Below, piece after piece: positions 30,201-39,454 of a stretch of 64,000 nt of DNA (positions are counted from its first letter, which is position 1; the number at the start of each line of letters is the position of its first letter). The translations under genes were made by a program, and so were the position numbers. The stretch spans positions 1-64,000 of IMG/VR virus record IMGVR_UViG_3300045978_000284; one strand, given 5' to 3'. Below the pieces are notes generated by a model that was not told the origin of the DNA, did not search any database, and was given only the letters and a program-made list of their open reading frames with translations. Source of the DNA: a virus.

Positions 30201-30995
30201 CGCCCACTCGAGCGCGCGGTCAATCTCCACGAGATCGACCGGCGCTGCAAGCTGACGGCGACCCGCATGCTCCAGACGGTGCGCCCGATCGGCCGCCAGA
30301 TGGCCGAGGCGATGGTGAAGGCCTGCCGGGAGTGCGGCGAGGACAACATCCAGTCCCTCATGGACTACCGGGTGCCGCTGCAGGGCAAGATGGCCTCGGC
30401 GTGCAAGACCTACCTCGCGGACATGTTCGACTTCGGGCAGGCCCAGGTGCGCGAAGAGCTGGCCCGGCAGCACCGCCAAGCGCAGAACCCGGAGAGCGAT
30501 CTCCTGCTGGCGGAGCCGCCGCGGCCCATCGACAACGAGAAGCGCGCCCGGGACGTCATCAACCTGAAGGCCGACCTGCTCTCGCGGCGCTGGGCGGAGC
30601 GCCTCAAGGAATCCGCCATGAACGTGATGCTGGCGGCCGCGCGCAGCGGGATGCCCCCGGGCGAGGCCGCGCAGCGCATCCAGGAGGCCGCGGACGAGAT
30701 CACCGATCGCTCGTCGCGCCAGCTCGTGATGAACACGCTCGGGGACGCCTTCGGCCTCGGGCGCCAGGTGGAGGCCCACCGGCAGCGCGACTACATCGGC
30801 GAGGCCGAGTACTCCGCGATCCTCGACGAGAACACCTGTGACCCGTGCCGTCAGCTCGACGGACGCACGGGGCAGCTGGACGAGCCGGCGATGCAGGTGC
30901 CGAACCCGAACTGCGCCGGCGAGCGCTACGGCTCGAGCTGTAGGTGCGTTCTCGTTTTTAGATATCGTGGACCATCCGGGGGCAGTGGGTCATGA
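27222..30995 (+). CDS. Portal protein (DUF935/Mu gp29-like) fused to a GNAT-like domain, a 2H phosphoesterase (Acb1/2'-5' ligase fold) and a MuF minor head domain
   Basis: Portal: FDKMRRTDGQVHAAL, GFWILEKIY, GQSVLRSAY, QLVDYNF; 2H motifs HHVTLKYG (29757) and PHVTLAYL (29985); MuF: YSAILDENTCDPCRQLDG..PNPNC..CRC. Confidence 0.88.
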   Translation: MIGDWIKRITGRHEPTGRPVIQIVPSGQPPTPLPGAATGYIPRTAVPSEGGPLAVEKEQVRLFAERREELKRFGRYELGVTGTPVYGGQILTEPNPDMAFPKSLATFDKMRRTDGQVHAALLIIMLPILSLDWAIEPYAEIDESTSTPKEVTPLDRQAADFIRKDLLEGFQPFKHVLREVLGMIWAGFWILEKIYEVREDGLVHLHKLGTRLPQTIFRWGVRRNGELEFAVQRGVDPSTGGTIEQTLPAEDILIFVNNQEGADWQGQSVLRSAYKHFEMKDWLYRIGVINVERGGGFPVLSLPEGMNDQDLQAARDVGESIHVHERAYVLEPHGWRFRLEGTTSRIGDVMAQVEHHDRMISVNVLAQFLAATGGELAGRGSTAEYMDMFLMAEEVVIANIEEVFNSGLVRQLVDYNFRVEPGHYPKLKAQNVRGFNVRRMGIVLRTMVDGRLITPDEPLEEFLREAMGLPRADLDTRRDPMAQMMAAGGQGGDLGGLGALLGLGGGPKKPGGPGGPPTPGAPTQSKLGKPGPETGVPTQAAKADPVSPIPGENPLLPSDNPKWQQKEALLAERAEDDECIWRTIGGNPVCIKAGHGGHREGQRPYRHSSGQTPVSSFASDQPKGRAGQDERENLRWLTRPSDYDIGRTSDRFTVEHGPLRVDGVIGDRGGTRTADIRVSNMEKVAPFPSGAELPDQSMPPVAASTVDPGSMRALLREVQAELVKRGVSQAILPQPDKSWRVPRKILDRLGATKVDIPFRTPSPKEKAMRRDLGIPAPTDADRGSLVKTESMKALAEISDEDFALGELGEFVSSTELRIPEWETELARYAAAIPAADLAQDGVVGKHHVTLKYGLATSNAEDLRRLAASLPTMTLRLGATMVFPKPEADILVMRVFGEGLEEAHEQIQRYTPCQEDEQPYLPHVTLAYLKPGAGVRYAGDPALAGRAAIATELWFRPSTTSKLPDQALPLGVEDMQLAGIEEAWAKPLMISRPLRPLERAVNLHEIDRRCKLTATRMLQTVRPIGRQMAEAMVKACRECGEDNIQSLMDYRVPLQGKMASACKTYLADMFDFGQAQVREELARQHRQAQNPESDLLLAEPPRPIDNEKRARDVINLKADLLSRRWAERLKESAMNVMLAAARSGMPPGEAAQRIQEAADEITDRSSRQLVMNTLGDAFGLGRQVEAHRQRDYIGEAEYSAILDENTCDPCRQLDGRTGQLDEPAMQVPNPNCAGERYGSSCRCVLVFRYRGPSGGSGS

Positions 30996-31762
30996 ACCAG
31001 CTGGCCATCCCCGCGCATAACGACCCACGCTCTTGGGCGGCGCACGATCCGGGCGATCGCTGCGGCAGCCTCCTCCGTCAGGCCAGTGGAGCCGATCCAG
31101 ACGTAGCAGCATCGCCAGCCCATGGCATTGAGCGCCGCGACCCGCCGCTGGATCTTCGGTATTCGACGCGGGTTCGAGTTGGCAGCGTGCACCTCGATGT
31201 CCAGGGCACCGATTGCCAGGTCAAGGTTGTAGGGCCCCACCGCGCGCTGCGGCTGAACGCGCAAGCCGAGGTGCCCGAGCATGATCTCCAGCTCGGTCTC
31301 CCAGCGGCCCCGCTTCCGCAGACTCCGCGCTGCGGTTCGGGCGCCGTTCGCCCGCGCCGTCTCGGTGTGTGCCCCTGCGGTCAAGGCGGCTCTAGCCGCG
31401 GTGTCCATCCGGCTCAGCCGGAGACGCAGGCTCGCCGAGCGGCCTCGGCGCGCCACGCCCGCGATGCGGAGCAGCCGAGCGACCACAAGCCGGCCGACGC
31501 CAAAGGCTTCTGCCAAGGCTTTCTCCGACTCGCCAGCCCGGTACCGAGCCAGAACCGCGTCGCGGATGTCGGCGTGGCGATCGGCATGTGCCATGAGGAG
31601 GGCCTCACGACGCGGGCGCGCCGTCACCCCGGCCAGACCAAGGTATCGCTGGATCGACGCAACGCTCACCCTCAGTTGGGTGGCCACCTGGGTATAGCTC
31701 AGGCCGCCCTGATAGAGCTCAGCCGCGAGTGCTTCAAGGTCTGGGCGGCGGGGCCGTGGCAT
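30926..31762 (-). CDS. Free-standing HTH-HTH + Vsr/DUF559-like endonuclease (homing endonuclease-like)
   Basis: Two HTH repeats (YQGGLSYTQVATQLRVS; YRAGESEKALAEAFGVG), then WETELEIML..QRAVGPYNLDLAI..DIEVH..GWRCCYVW; only convincing minus-strand gene. Confidence 0.8.
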   Translation of the reverse strand: MPRPRRPDLEALAAELYQGGLSYTQVATQLRVSVASIQRYLGLAGVTARPRREALLMAHADRHADIRDAVLARYRAGESEKALAEAFGVGRLVVARLLRIAGVARRGRSASLRLRLSRMDTAARAALTAGAHTETARANGARTAARSLRKRGRWETELEIMLGHLGLRVQPQRAVGPYNLDLAIGALDIEVHAANSNPRRIPKIQRRVAALNAMGWRCCYVWIGSTGLTEEAAAAIARIVRRPRAWVVMRGDGQLVHDPLPPDGPRYLKTRTHLQLEP

Positions 31763-31796
31763 GCGTAGAGATATATCACAACAGGAGGTCAAGCCC

Positions 31797-32639
31797 ATGG
31801 TGACGGAAATGCTGGTGCAGGCGCAGCCCCAGATCGTGATGCCCCGGACGATCTACCAGGCCGATTGCTGGGAGCACTTCCACCCGCTCCGCCTGGGCGA
31901 GTACCGCTGCTCGACGCCAGGCGGCGACTGTCCGCTCGTGAAGGCCCGGGCGGCGGTGCGGTGGCACCTGAAGTGGTCGGAGGTCTACCACAACATCGTG
32001 GTGACGGCGGGCCTGAACCACGTCATGTCTCGGCTCATGCGGTCCTCGGCCGTGGGCGGGGCCACCCTGGGCTACAACGACGGCCGCCGGCTGCCGACCG
32101 CCTGGATCGCCTCGACCGCGTACTCGGTGGGCGACGTCGTGCGGCCGACTGGGGCCTCGGCCCAGGATCCGAACAACCGCTTCTTCGTCTGCCAGGTGGC
32201 GGGCACCTCGGCGGGCTCGCAGCCGACCTGGCCGAACACCGCGGGCGGCACGGTCACCGACAACACCGTCACGTGGGCAGAGGGAAGCCAGTGGTACATC
32301 GGTCTCGTGAACGGGCCGACGGAAACCGACTACAACCCGGCCGACACGATGGCCTCGCACGCCGGGTGGACGGAGAACGTGACCTACTCGAACACGACCC
32401 GGGTGGCCTACATTCCGGGTGCGGTGTCGGCGGGCTCGTGCAACAACTCCGGGAACCTGGCGGCGTTCAACATCAACGGCAGCGCCACGATTTCGGGCTC
32501 GTTCCTGACCGACATCCAGACCAAGGGCGGCACCGCCGGACTGCTCTACGGTGTCGGGGCCTACACGGGCGGCGATAGGTCGCTGACGGGGGGCGATACC
32601 CTCAACGTCACAGTGACTACGAGCGCCACGTCGGCATAG
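31797..32639 (+). CDS. Virion structural/decoration-type protein with an inserted carbohydrate-binding-like module
   Basis: AGGAGG RBS; HNIVVTAGLN..GDTLNVT scaffold with a WIASTAYSVGDVVRP..GTS..QPTW..DNTVTW insertion. Confidence 0.6.
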   Translation: MVTEMLVQAQPQIVMPRTIYQADCWEHFHPLRLGEYRCSTPGGDCPLVKARAAVRWHLKWSEVYHNIVVTAGLNHVMSRLMRSSAVGGATLGYNDGRRLPTAWIASTAYSVGDVVRPTGASAQDPNNRFFVCQVAGTSAGSQPTWPNTAGGTVTDNTVTWAEGSQWYIGLVNGPTETDYNPADTMASHAGWTENVTYSNTTRVAYIPGAVSAGSCNNSGNLAAFNINGSATISGSFLTDIQTKGGTAGLLYGVGAYTGGDRSLTGGDTLNVTVTTSATSA

Positions 32640-32648
32640 GAGGCAGGG

Positions 32649-33026
32649 ATGCGACAGGAGACCGTCGAGAAGGATGGCAAGACGTCGACCGTGTGCGTGG
32701 TGGAGGCCGGCGAGGAGGACCGCGTGTGGCTCTTCGTCGATGCGGAGGGCCAAGAGGTCAGCCGGCTGAACGTTCCCGCGGGCCAGGCGGCGACGGTGAA
32801 GATGCCGCAGGGCTCGAAGCGCGAGAAGAACGCGGAGGGCTGGGAGCGCACGGTGCCGGTGCCGACCGTGGCGATCCTGGCCCCCGTGGAGACGGGTGCG
32901 GCCGCGGAGAAGCTCCTGGCCCAGACCGATCTGCCCCCGGGCTACGAGCTGATCCGGCTCTCGCACGGGGTGGTTCTGCTGCCGCCAAACGGGCAGGGGT
33001 GGAAGCTGCCGCCCAAGGGGGCCTGA
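32649..33026 (+). CDS. Hypothetical protein
   Basis: GGAGG RBS; open frame. Confidence 0.55.
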   Translation: MRQETVEKDGKTSTVCVVEAGEEDRVWLFVDAEGQEVSRLNVPAGQAATVKMPQGSKREKNAEGWERTVPVPTVAILAPVETGAAAEKLLAQTDLPPGYELIRLSHGVVLLPPNGQGWKLPPKGA

Positions 33027-33027
33027 G

Positions 33028-33210
33028 ATGGACATCTCGATCGCCGTCATCTGCGCCCTGATCCTGGTGGCGGCGTTCCTGCTCACGCACTTCATCCCGA
33101 TGCCTTCCTGGGTGGCAGGGATCCTCTGGGGGCTGGCGGTGCTGGCCATCATCGTCATCGTCACGCGCGCCCTCGGGATCCGAACGGGTCTTGCCATGCT
33201 CACCCTGTGA
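33028..33210 (+). CDS. Small two-TM membrane protein
   Basis: ISIAVICALILVAAFLL and WVAGILWGLAVLAIIVIV. Confidence 0.6.
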   Translation: MDISIAVICALILVAAFLLTHFIPMPSWVAGILWGLAVLAIIVIVTRALGIRTGLAMLTL

Positions 33211-33222
33211 GGCCCTAGATCC

Positions 33223-34107
33223 GTGTGGACGATCCCGAACGACGACGGGAGCGCGCAGGCCCAGTACCAGTCCCAGCTCGACAGCGTGGACCTGGAGATC
33301 CTGGTCCGCGCGCTGGGCGGGTCCGCGCGCGCCGGCGTGGTGACGGGGTGCGCGGTCAATGCCCAGGGCTCCCCGAACATGACCGTGCAGGTGACCGCGG
33401 GCCTCGTCCAGTTCGGGAATATCCTGAAGCCGATCACGGCCAAGACCGTCACCATCACCACCGCGCACGCGACCCTGCCCCGCTTCGATCTGATCGAGGT
33501 CAACGCGTCGGACGCCGGCTTCGCCCGGGAGGGGACGCCGGCAGTCTCGCCACGGTTCCCGTTCCCGGACACCGACCGGGTGGTGCTGGCCTCGGTGTTC
33601 GTGCCGGCCGCGATCTCGTCGATCGCCCAGGACAAGATCGTCGACAAGCGCGCCGGGGTGCCGGGGGTGGTCGTCAACCCGCGCCTCGCCGATCTCGCCA
33701 AGACGTCGGACAACACGATTGCGACCGATTCCGCGTTCTCGGCGCCCATGGCCGCGCAAGGGAAGTACCTGCTGATCCTCAAGATCTGGTACAACACGGC
33801 AGCGAATCCGGACTTCAAGTGGCGTCTGATTGGCCCGGCCTCGCCGGCGGCGATCAATCTCAACGGCCAGTACGTGATCCCCAACGCCACCCAGCTGGTC
33901 GCCCCGTTTCGCATGACGGCCTACTCCACGTCGGACGAGACCATCCTGTCCGGCGCGACGGGCGAAGGCTGGCTGCTCGTCGAGGGGTACATCGAGAACG
34001 GTCTCAACGCGGGATTCCTCGAGTTCCAGTGGGCGCAGAACACCTCGAACGCCACGGCCACCACGGTGCGCGGGGCGAGCTATCTGCAGCTGATTCCGGT
34101 GGGCTGA
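33223..34107 (+). CDS. Putative virion fibre/receptor-binding-type protein (paralog of the next gene)
   Basis: GVVTGCAV..MTVQVTAG..PRFDLI..VLASVFVPA..IVDKR N-terminal module; KIWYNT..DFKW..FQWA..RGASY. Confidence 0.6.
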   Translation: MWTIPNDDGSAQAQYQSQLDSVDLEILVRALGGSARAGVVTGCAVNAQGSPNMTVQVTAGLVQFGNILKPITAKTVTITTAHATLPRFDLIEVNASDAGFAREGTPAVSPRFPFPDTDRVVLASVFVPAAISSIAQDKIVDKRAGVPGVVVNPRLADLAKTSDNTIATDSAFSAPMAAQGKYLLILKIWYNTAANPDFKWRLIGPASPAAINLNGQYVIPNATQLVAPFRMTAYSTSDETILSGATGEGWLLVEGYIENGLNAGFLEFQWAQNTSNATATTVRGASYLQLIPVG

Positions 34108-34108
34108 G

Positions 34109-35020
34109 ATGTCGCTGACCATCCCGAACGACGAGACGACCTGGCTCAGCGAAGCCTTCTCCCTGCCCCAGGCAGTCGATTTCGCGATCCTGGCCGCGGC
34201 GTGCGGCCCCCGGCCCACGGGCGTGCTGTGGGGCTGCCGCGCCTACTGGGATGGGTCATCGACGATCCACGTGGACCCGGGCACCGTCCTGCTGGACGGG
34301 GCCTTTGCCATGACGCCGACCACCCCCGTGGATTGCACCAGCGACGTGCTCAGCCGGATTGATCTCATCCAGGTCATTCCCGTCGCGGAAAGCGTCGCGT
34401 CGGTCCAGATCAAGAGCGGGGCCTACTCCGAGACGCCGCGCGCGCCCCTGCCGGACCCGGGGTGCGCCGGTGTGGCGGTGGTCTATGTGCCGGGCAAGGT
34501 GAATGACTACTTCCCGCCGCTCGGGCCCGAGTTCGTGCTCGACAAGCGCGTCTTTCTGCCCGGCACGGTCCGGCGATCCAAAAAGGTCGACGAGAGCCGG
34601 TCGACTCTGACGGCGACCGACGATGACTACCTGGCCCTGCCGATCCCGAAGGGTCACGTGACCCATGTCACGATCAAGGTCTGGTACAACACCAACGCGA
34701 CCGCGGACTTCATCTGGTCCCTCGTGCTGCGGGACGGGAACGGGGTGTCATTCGCGCCGCCCACCGTGCTGGTGAACTACCAGTACACCCGGCCGACCGT
34801 GGTGACCCTCGTGGCGCCGGTGTTTTCATCGTCGCTCCCGTCGGGCATAAGCGTGAATGCGTCGGGGACGGGCGACGCCTGGCTTCTGATCGACGCGGCG
34901 ATCGGCGGGGACGCCACGCGCGACGGCGTCCTGAAGTTTCAGTGGGCCACGACCGGGGCCGGCGCGGCGATTCTGCGCGGGTCGAGCTACGCGATTGCGC
35001 GGGGCCAGGGCTGGGCCTGA
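34109..35020 (+). CDS. Putative virion fibre/receptor-binding-type protein (paralog of the previous gene)
   Basis: Shares TIPND, GV..GC, RIDLI, DKR, KVWYNT..DFIW, FQWA, RGSSY. Confidence 0.6.
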   Translation: MSLTIPNDETTWLSEAFSLPQAVDFAILAAACGPRPTGVLWGCRAYWDGSSTIHVDPGTVLLDGAFAMTPTTPVDCTSDVLSRIDLIQVIPVAESVASVQIKSGAYSETPRAPLPDPGCAGVAVVYVPGKVNDYFPPLGPEFVLDKRVFLPGTVRRSKKVDESRSTLTATDDDYLALPIPKGHVTHVTIKVWYNTNATADFIWSLVLRDGNGVSFAPPTVLVNYQYTRPTVVTLVAPVFSSSLPSGISVNASGTGDAWLLIDAAIGGDATRDGVLKFQWATTGAGAAILRGSSYAIARGQGWA

Positions 35021-37682
35021 TGTGGCTGCCCATCCAGCCGTTCACGCTGCGCGGCATCAACTCCACGGTGGGGCACCCGGACGGCGGGTACCGGGTCCGA
35101 TCGTGGGGCTGCCCGTACCCCACGCTGCTCTGGTGTTCCACCGCCTCCCCGCTCGGCACGACGCACCAGGCCCGGCTGCCGGACATGACCCCGGGGATCA
35201 CCTGGCTCCTGGCGGTGCTGACCCAGCCGCGCGTGTCGATCACGTGGCCCGCGGCGCCGAACGGCCCCTGGACCTCGCTGCTGACCGGCGACGCGCATGG
35301 CGTGGCCTCGCGACTGGCGATGGCGATGCGGACGGCGAGCGGGGCCGAGTCCAAGTTCGTGACCTACACGACGTCGGCCTCGGCGCGCTGCATGGCAATC
35401 GCGATCGCCATGACCGGCCTCTACCCGGGCTCGACGCCCGAGTTCCAGGTCGGCTGGGACGAGTTCGTGGCGGCTCCCCCGTACCCGAGCCTCACGCCGT
35501 CGTGGGGGGTGGAGGGGGAGCGGACGACCTGGCTCGCGTTCACCGGGACCGTGGACGCCGACAACGACCTGCCCTTCCATCACGCGCTGGAGGATGCGCT
35601 CCGCATCCGCGCCATCCTGATCGACCCCACGGATCGTCACGAGCAGCTGGATCTGTGCCGGCTCGATCAACCACTCGCCACCTGGACTCCGTCGGCGCTC
35701 CTGTCATCCTCCTCCGGCCTGCTGCTTGAGTGCACGGCGGTCACGATGGCGCTCAGGGCCAATACGACGGCCTGCGAGTTCACCGCGGCCTCGAGCATCG
35801 ACGGGCGGATCCGGTTGACCCTGTTCCTGCACCAGCTGACCGGCAAGGTCCTCACCATGCGGCTCATCAACGGGCACACGGTGAGCCGGAAAGCCACGGT
35901 GAGTGGGCCCGGGGGGAGCTACGAGGTGACGGCCGCACCCGGGGCCACGGAGACGCTCGACATCTCGGCGGGACTGCTCTCGCTGGACAACATCAGCTAT
36001 GGGACGAGCCAGGCCTGAATGGCCTTCGGCGATGTCCTCATCCTCGCGGAGAACACCAACACCTCGCAGCTCACCGCCTATCCCACGTCCAGCTATACGC
36101 CGACCGCGGGCCGGCTCATCGTGGCCGGGACGCTGATCACGGCCAGCAGCGCGCCGGGTACGCCCACGCTCACTGGGAACGGGCTCACGTGGTCGCTCAT
36201 CGACGAGATCGGCTACAGCACGCTGGCGGCGCCCACCAAGCTCCTGAGCGTCTTCCAGGCCCCGGTGATCTCACCGTCGTCCGGGGCGTGCGAGATCGCC
36301 AGCAGCAGCGGGACGCTCACGTCCTGCACGTGGTCGATCGTCGAGCTCGACCTGGCCGCGCTCGTGGGCGGGATTGTCCAGGCCCAGAAGGCCGGTAGCG
36401 ACGTGACCCAGACCTCCGCGCTGGTCCCCATGAACCCGTTCGCGGATGCCGGCAACCTGGCGCTGGCGTTCTCGGTCCTGAACAACCAGCAGGCCCAGAC
36501 CGAGCGCCCGAACTGGAACCGCATCAGCGATCTGCCGGGCACCGCGCCGGCGACGGGGTTTCTCTCGCAGTACTTCCTGGGTGACGATGGGGACGCCAGC
36601 GCCTCATGGGGCTCGGTCACGCGGTGGGCTATGATCGCCCTCGAAATCAAGGCCCAGGTGGCGCCGGCCCAGGTGTGGCGTCGACAGGTCCCGATGATGC
36701 TGATGCGGTAGGAAAGGACGAGGGCTATGGGACGCATGTATCGACTGCCGATGCCGGCGATCGCGATCACCGCCCAGCAGGATTTCTATGAGATCCAGTC
36801 GCCGACCGATGCCGTGACCAAGGTGCACCGGATCATCCTGAGCCAGCTGACGGAGGTCGGCGACGCCCAGGAAGAGCAGCTGTCGATCCGCGTGAACCGC
36901 GGGACGGGCACCGTCACGAGCGGCAGCGGCGGAACGACCCTGACCCCGCAGCCCATCGAGGCGGGCGACGTCGGCTACGGGGGCGTCGTGGAGATCAACA
37001 ACACGACGAAGATGGCCGTCGGAACGGGCACGCTCGTCAACCTCGGCGAGTACTCCTGGAACGTGCGCATGGAGCGGGACTTCGTGTATACCCCGGAAGG
37101 GCGCGAGGTCATCTCGCCCGGCAGTCGGCTGACGTTCGAGCTGGCCACGACGCCGGCGGATCCCATCACGGTCAAGGGCACGGTCGAGATCGAGGAGGTG
37201 GGCGGATGAGCTGGAAGGGGACGGTCCTGACGCCCGAGACGGTGCCCCCGGCCATCCGGGCGGACCTGATGCGCAAGGCCAACCGCCGCCACCCGCGCGA
37301 TCCCGCGGCCGCGATGGCCGCCCACGAGGTGCTCGTGGCCGAGTATGCCCAGGCGCACAACGAGCGCTTCCGTGTCGTGGCGTATGACGGCGAGGTGCCG
37401 GTGATCGCCGAGGAACTGGAGGCGCGAACGCTCAAGCGCCTCTCGCCGAAGGCGCGGCGGATCGCCACGGCCCTGCTCCTGAGCACGCCCGACGTGCGGG
37501 CGGAAGCGCTCGGGGCCTTCGAGGCCTCGGGCGCGCTGCGCTCGGTCCTGGAGCCCGTGCCGGCCGCTGCGGCTGAGAGCGCCCCGCCACAGGCACCACC
37601 GCCGCCGCCCCCATCCCGCCAGCCGGCGCCAGCCTCCAGCCGTCCATCGCATACGCCGCCTGGACGCTCGACCCGGCGGTAG
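35020..37682 (+). CDS. Four beta-rich/hypothetical putative virion proteins (35020-36018, 36019-36711, 36727-37209, 37206-37682)
   Basis: Tightly coupled ORFs; Thr/Ser/Gly-rich composition. Confidence 0.55.
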
Positions 37683-37691
37683 CCCCGTCGC

Positions 37692-39080
37692 GTGTCGACC
37701 GGGGTCTTCCGGCGCTATCCGCGGCGGTACCCGCGGGCCTGGATTGCCGGCGCGCCGGCGGGCGGCGTGGTCTCGGCGTCGATCGACTACGGCCTGACCG
37801 CGGCGGTGCCGGCAGCGACCACGGCGATCGCAGGGAAGTCGATCGCGTACGGGGTGGTCGTCAACGCCCCGGCTTCGGCCAGTGCCGTGCGCGCCGCGGC
37901 CCTGCCGCTCGGGGTGATCGAGGCGCTCGGCCTGGGCCGCGTCCTGTCGGCCGGCGCATCGCTCTCGCTGACGACCGTGGAGGGGCTCGTGCTCGCGGCG
38001 AGCCGCACCGCGGCCGCCGCGCTGGCGCTGGGCGTCACGGAAGCGCTGACGCCGACCGCGGGCCTCCTGGCGGTGGCGTCGCTGACCCTCGGCACCCAGA
38101 CGGCCCTGATCCTGAACGGGCTTCCGCCGGGGGCGAGTCTGGACCTCGGGATCACGACCGGGCTGGCCCAGAGCGCGGGCCTCCTGGCGGTGGCCTCGAT
38201 GCCGTTCGGGGTCACGGGCGCGATGGCCCCGGCCCCGCAGACCACACGCGAGGGGACCCTCGCCCTGTCGGTCGAGATCGGGTTGGTCCAGGTTGGCGCC
38301 GCGGTCCTCCAGGCGGCGCTCGGGCTCGGGCTGACGTCGCTCCAGAGCCAGCAGGCCGGCACGGTCGCCTCGGCCCTGATCACCTACCCCGTGCTGGAGC
38401 AGCTTGGCCTGGTGGCGGGCGGGAGCCTCATGGCAGCCCAGACGCTGGCCGCGGTGATGGGGTTCACCCCGGCCGCCGCGCCGAGCGGTGTGAGCGTCCT
38501 CGAGCTGGGTACGCAGCTCGCCCTGACCCTGCCGGCGCCGAACGCGATCATGGCGGCGATCCTGTCCATGGGGGTGCAGCATGGGATGGCGCTGGCGGGC
38601 GGCGCGATGCTGCAGGCGCTGCAGGCCCTGGGGATCACGACGGCGTTCCTGCCCGAGCCGGCGGGCGGGACCCAGCAGGCGCCGCTGACGCTGTCGCTCA
38701 CGACGGACCTGGCGCTCGCGGCCTCCCGCGTGTCGGCGGCGCTCCTCAGCCTGACGTCGATCCCGGCGCTGTCTCCGGATGCTCAGCACCAGCTCGGGCG
38801 CGCGCTGGCCCTGACGATCCAGCAGGAGCTGGCCCTGCACACGCAGACGGCGCAGTCGGCGCTGATCCAGTACGGGCTGACGGCCAGCCAGGTGCAGCTC
38901 GGCGGGATGGTCCACCAGGCGGTGATGAGCCTGGCGGCGTCGCTCGTGCTGGCCCAGAACGGGGCGCTGTTCTCGGCGATCGGCCACCGCATCCGCTTCA
39001 CGGGCGAGCAGATGCGGGCGGCCACCATGACGGGCGAGTCGATGGGCGGCGCGTCGCCGAAAGGGGAACGATTGGTATGA
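37692..39080 (+). CDS. Ala/Leu-rich degenerate-repeat protein (fibre-like)
   Basis: Recurrent ~23-aa A-S-L-x-L-G-x-T pattern through the protein. Confidence 0.6.
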   Translation: MSTGVFRRYPRRYPRAWIAGAPAGGVVSASIDYGLTAAVPAATTAIAGKSIAYGVVVNAPASASAVRAAALPLGVIEALGLGRVLSAGASLSLTTVEGLVLAASRTAAAALALGVTEALTPTAGLLAVASLTLGTQTALILNGLPPGASLDLGITTGLAQSAGLLAVASMPFGVTGAMAPAPQTTREGTLALSVEIGLVQVGAAVLQAALGLGLTSLQSQQAGTVASALITYPVLEQLGLVAGGSLMAAQTLAAVMGFTPAAAPSGVSVLELGTQLALTLPAPNAIMAAILSMGVQHGMALAGGAMLQALQALGITTAFLPEPAGGTQQAPLTLSLTTDLALAASRVSAALLSLTSIPALSPDAQHQLGRALALTIQQELALHTQTAQSALIQYGLTASQVQLGGMVHQAVMSLAASLVLAQNGALFSAIGHRIRFTGEQMRAATMTGESMGGASPKGERLV

Positions 39081-39454
39081 GGCCCAACTCCTACTGGCAC
39101 AGTACCGAGCGGACGACGGGGGCGTACACGGTGAAGGCCCTGAAGGACGAGGACGGGATCGTCCTGACGAGCCTCGATACCCTGACCCTCTCGGTGTGGG
39201 ATCTCAAATCGGGCGCGATCATCAACGGGCGCGACCGGCAGGACGTGCTCAACCAGAACGACGTGACGTTCAATGGGGACGGCTCTCTGCTCTGGCGCGT
39301 CCAGGCCGCCGACCGGCCGATCCTGGACGACACGCAGGACTGGGAGGACCACGTCGCCATGTTCGAGTTCACCTATGCGGGCGGGGGGCGAACCGGCCAC
39401 TGGGTGCTCCAGGACCGGATCGACAATCTCCAGAAGGTGCCGGCGACGCCGTGA
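39077..39454 (+). CDS. Hypothetical structural protein (BppU-N-like)
   Basis: ERTTG.Y...LKDEDG..LTL..D..SG.IINGRD.Q pattern; coupled to its neighbours. Confidence 0.5.
   Translation: MRPNSYWHSTERTTGAYTVKALKDEDGIVLTSLDTLTLSVWDLKSGAIINGRDRQDVLNQNDVTFNGDGSLLWRVQAADRPILDDTQDWEDHVAMFEFTYAGGGRTGHWVLQDRIDNLQKVPATP

Noticed and set aside
33028-33210. Holin/lysis cassette assignment for the small TM protein (and spanin for the 53439 lipoprotein)
   Set aside because: No endolysin or inner-membrane spanin partner is recognisable nearby; left as membrane protein and lipoprotein
33223-35020. Diversity-generating retroelement suggested by the paralogous fibre-like genes (also 60635/62818)
   Set aside because: No reverse transcriptase in the window, and the similarity is ancient protein-level paralogy rather than adenine-specific TR/VR divergence
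39196-39450. N-terminal extension of the polyprotein as given in the ORF track (similarly 45701-45802, 42958-43065, 10475-10597)
   Set aside because: These extensions overlap upstream genes or non-coding hairpins; coupled starts or RBS-supported starts at 39451, 45803, 43066 and 10598 are more plausible
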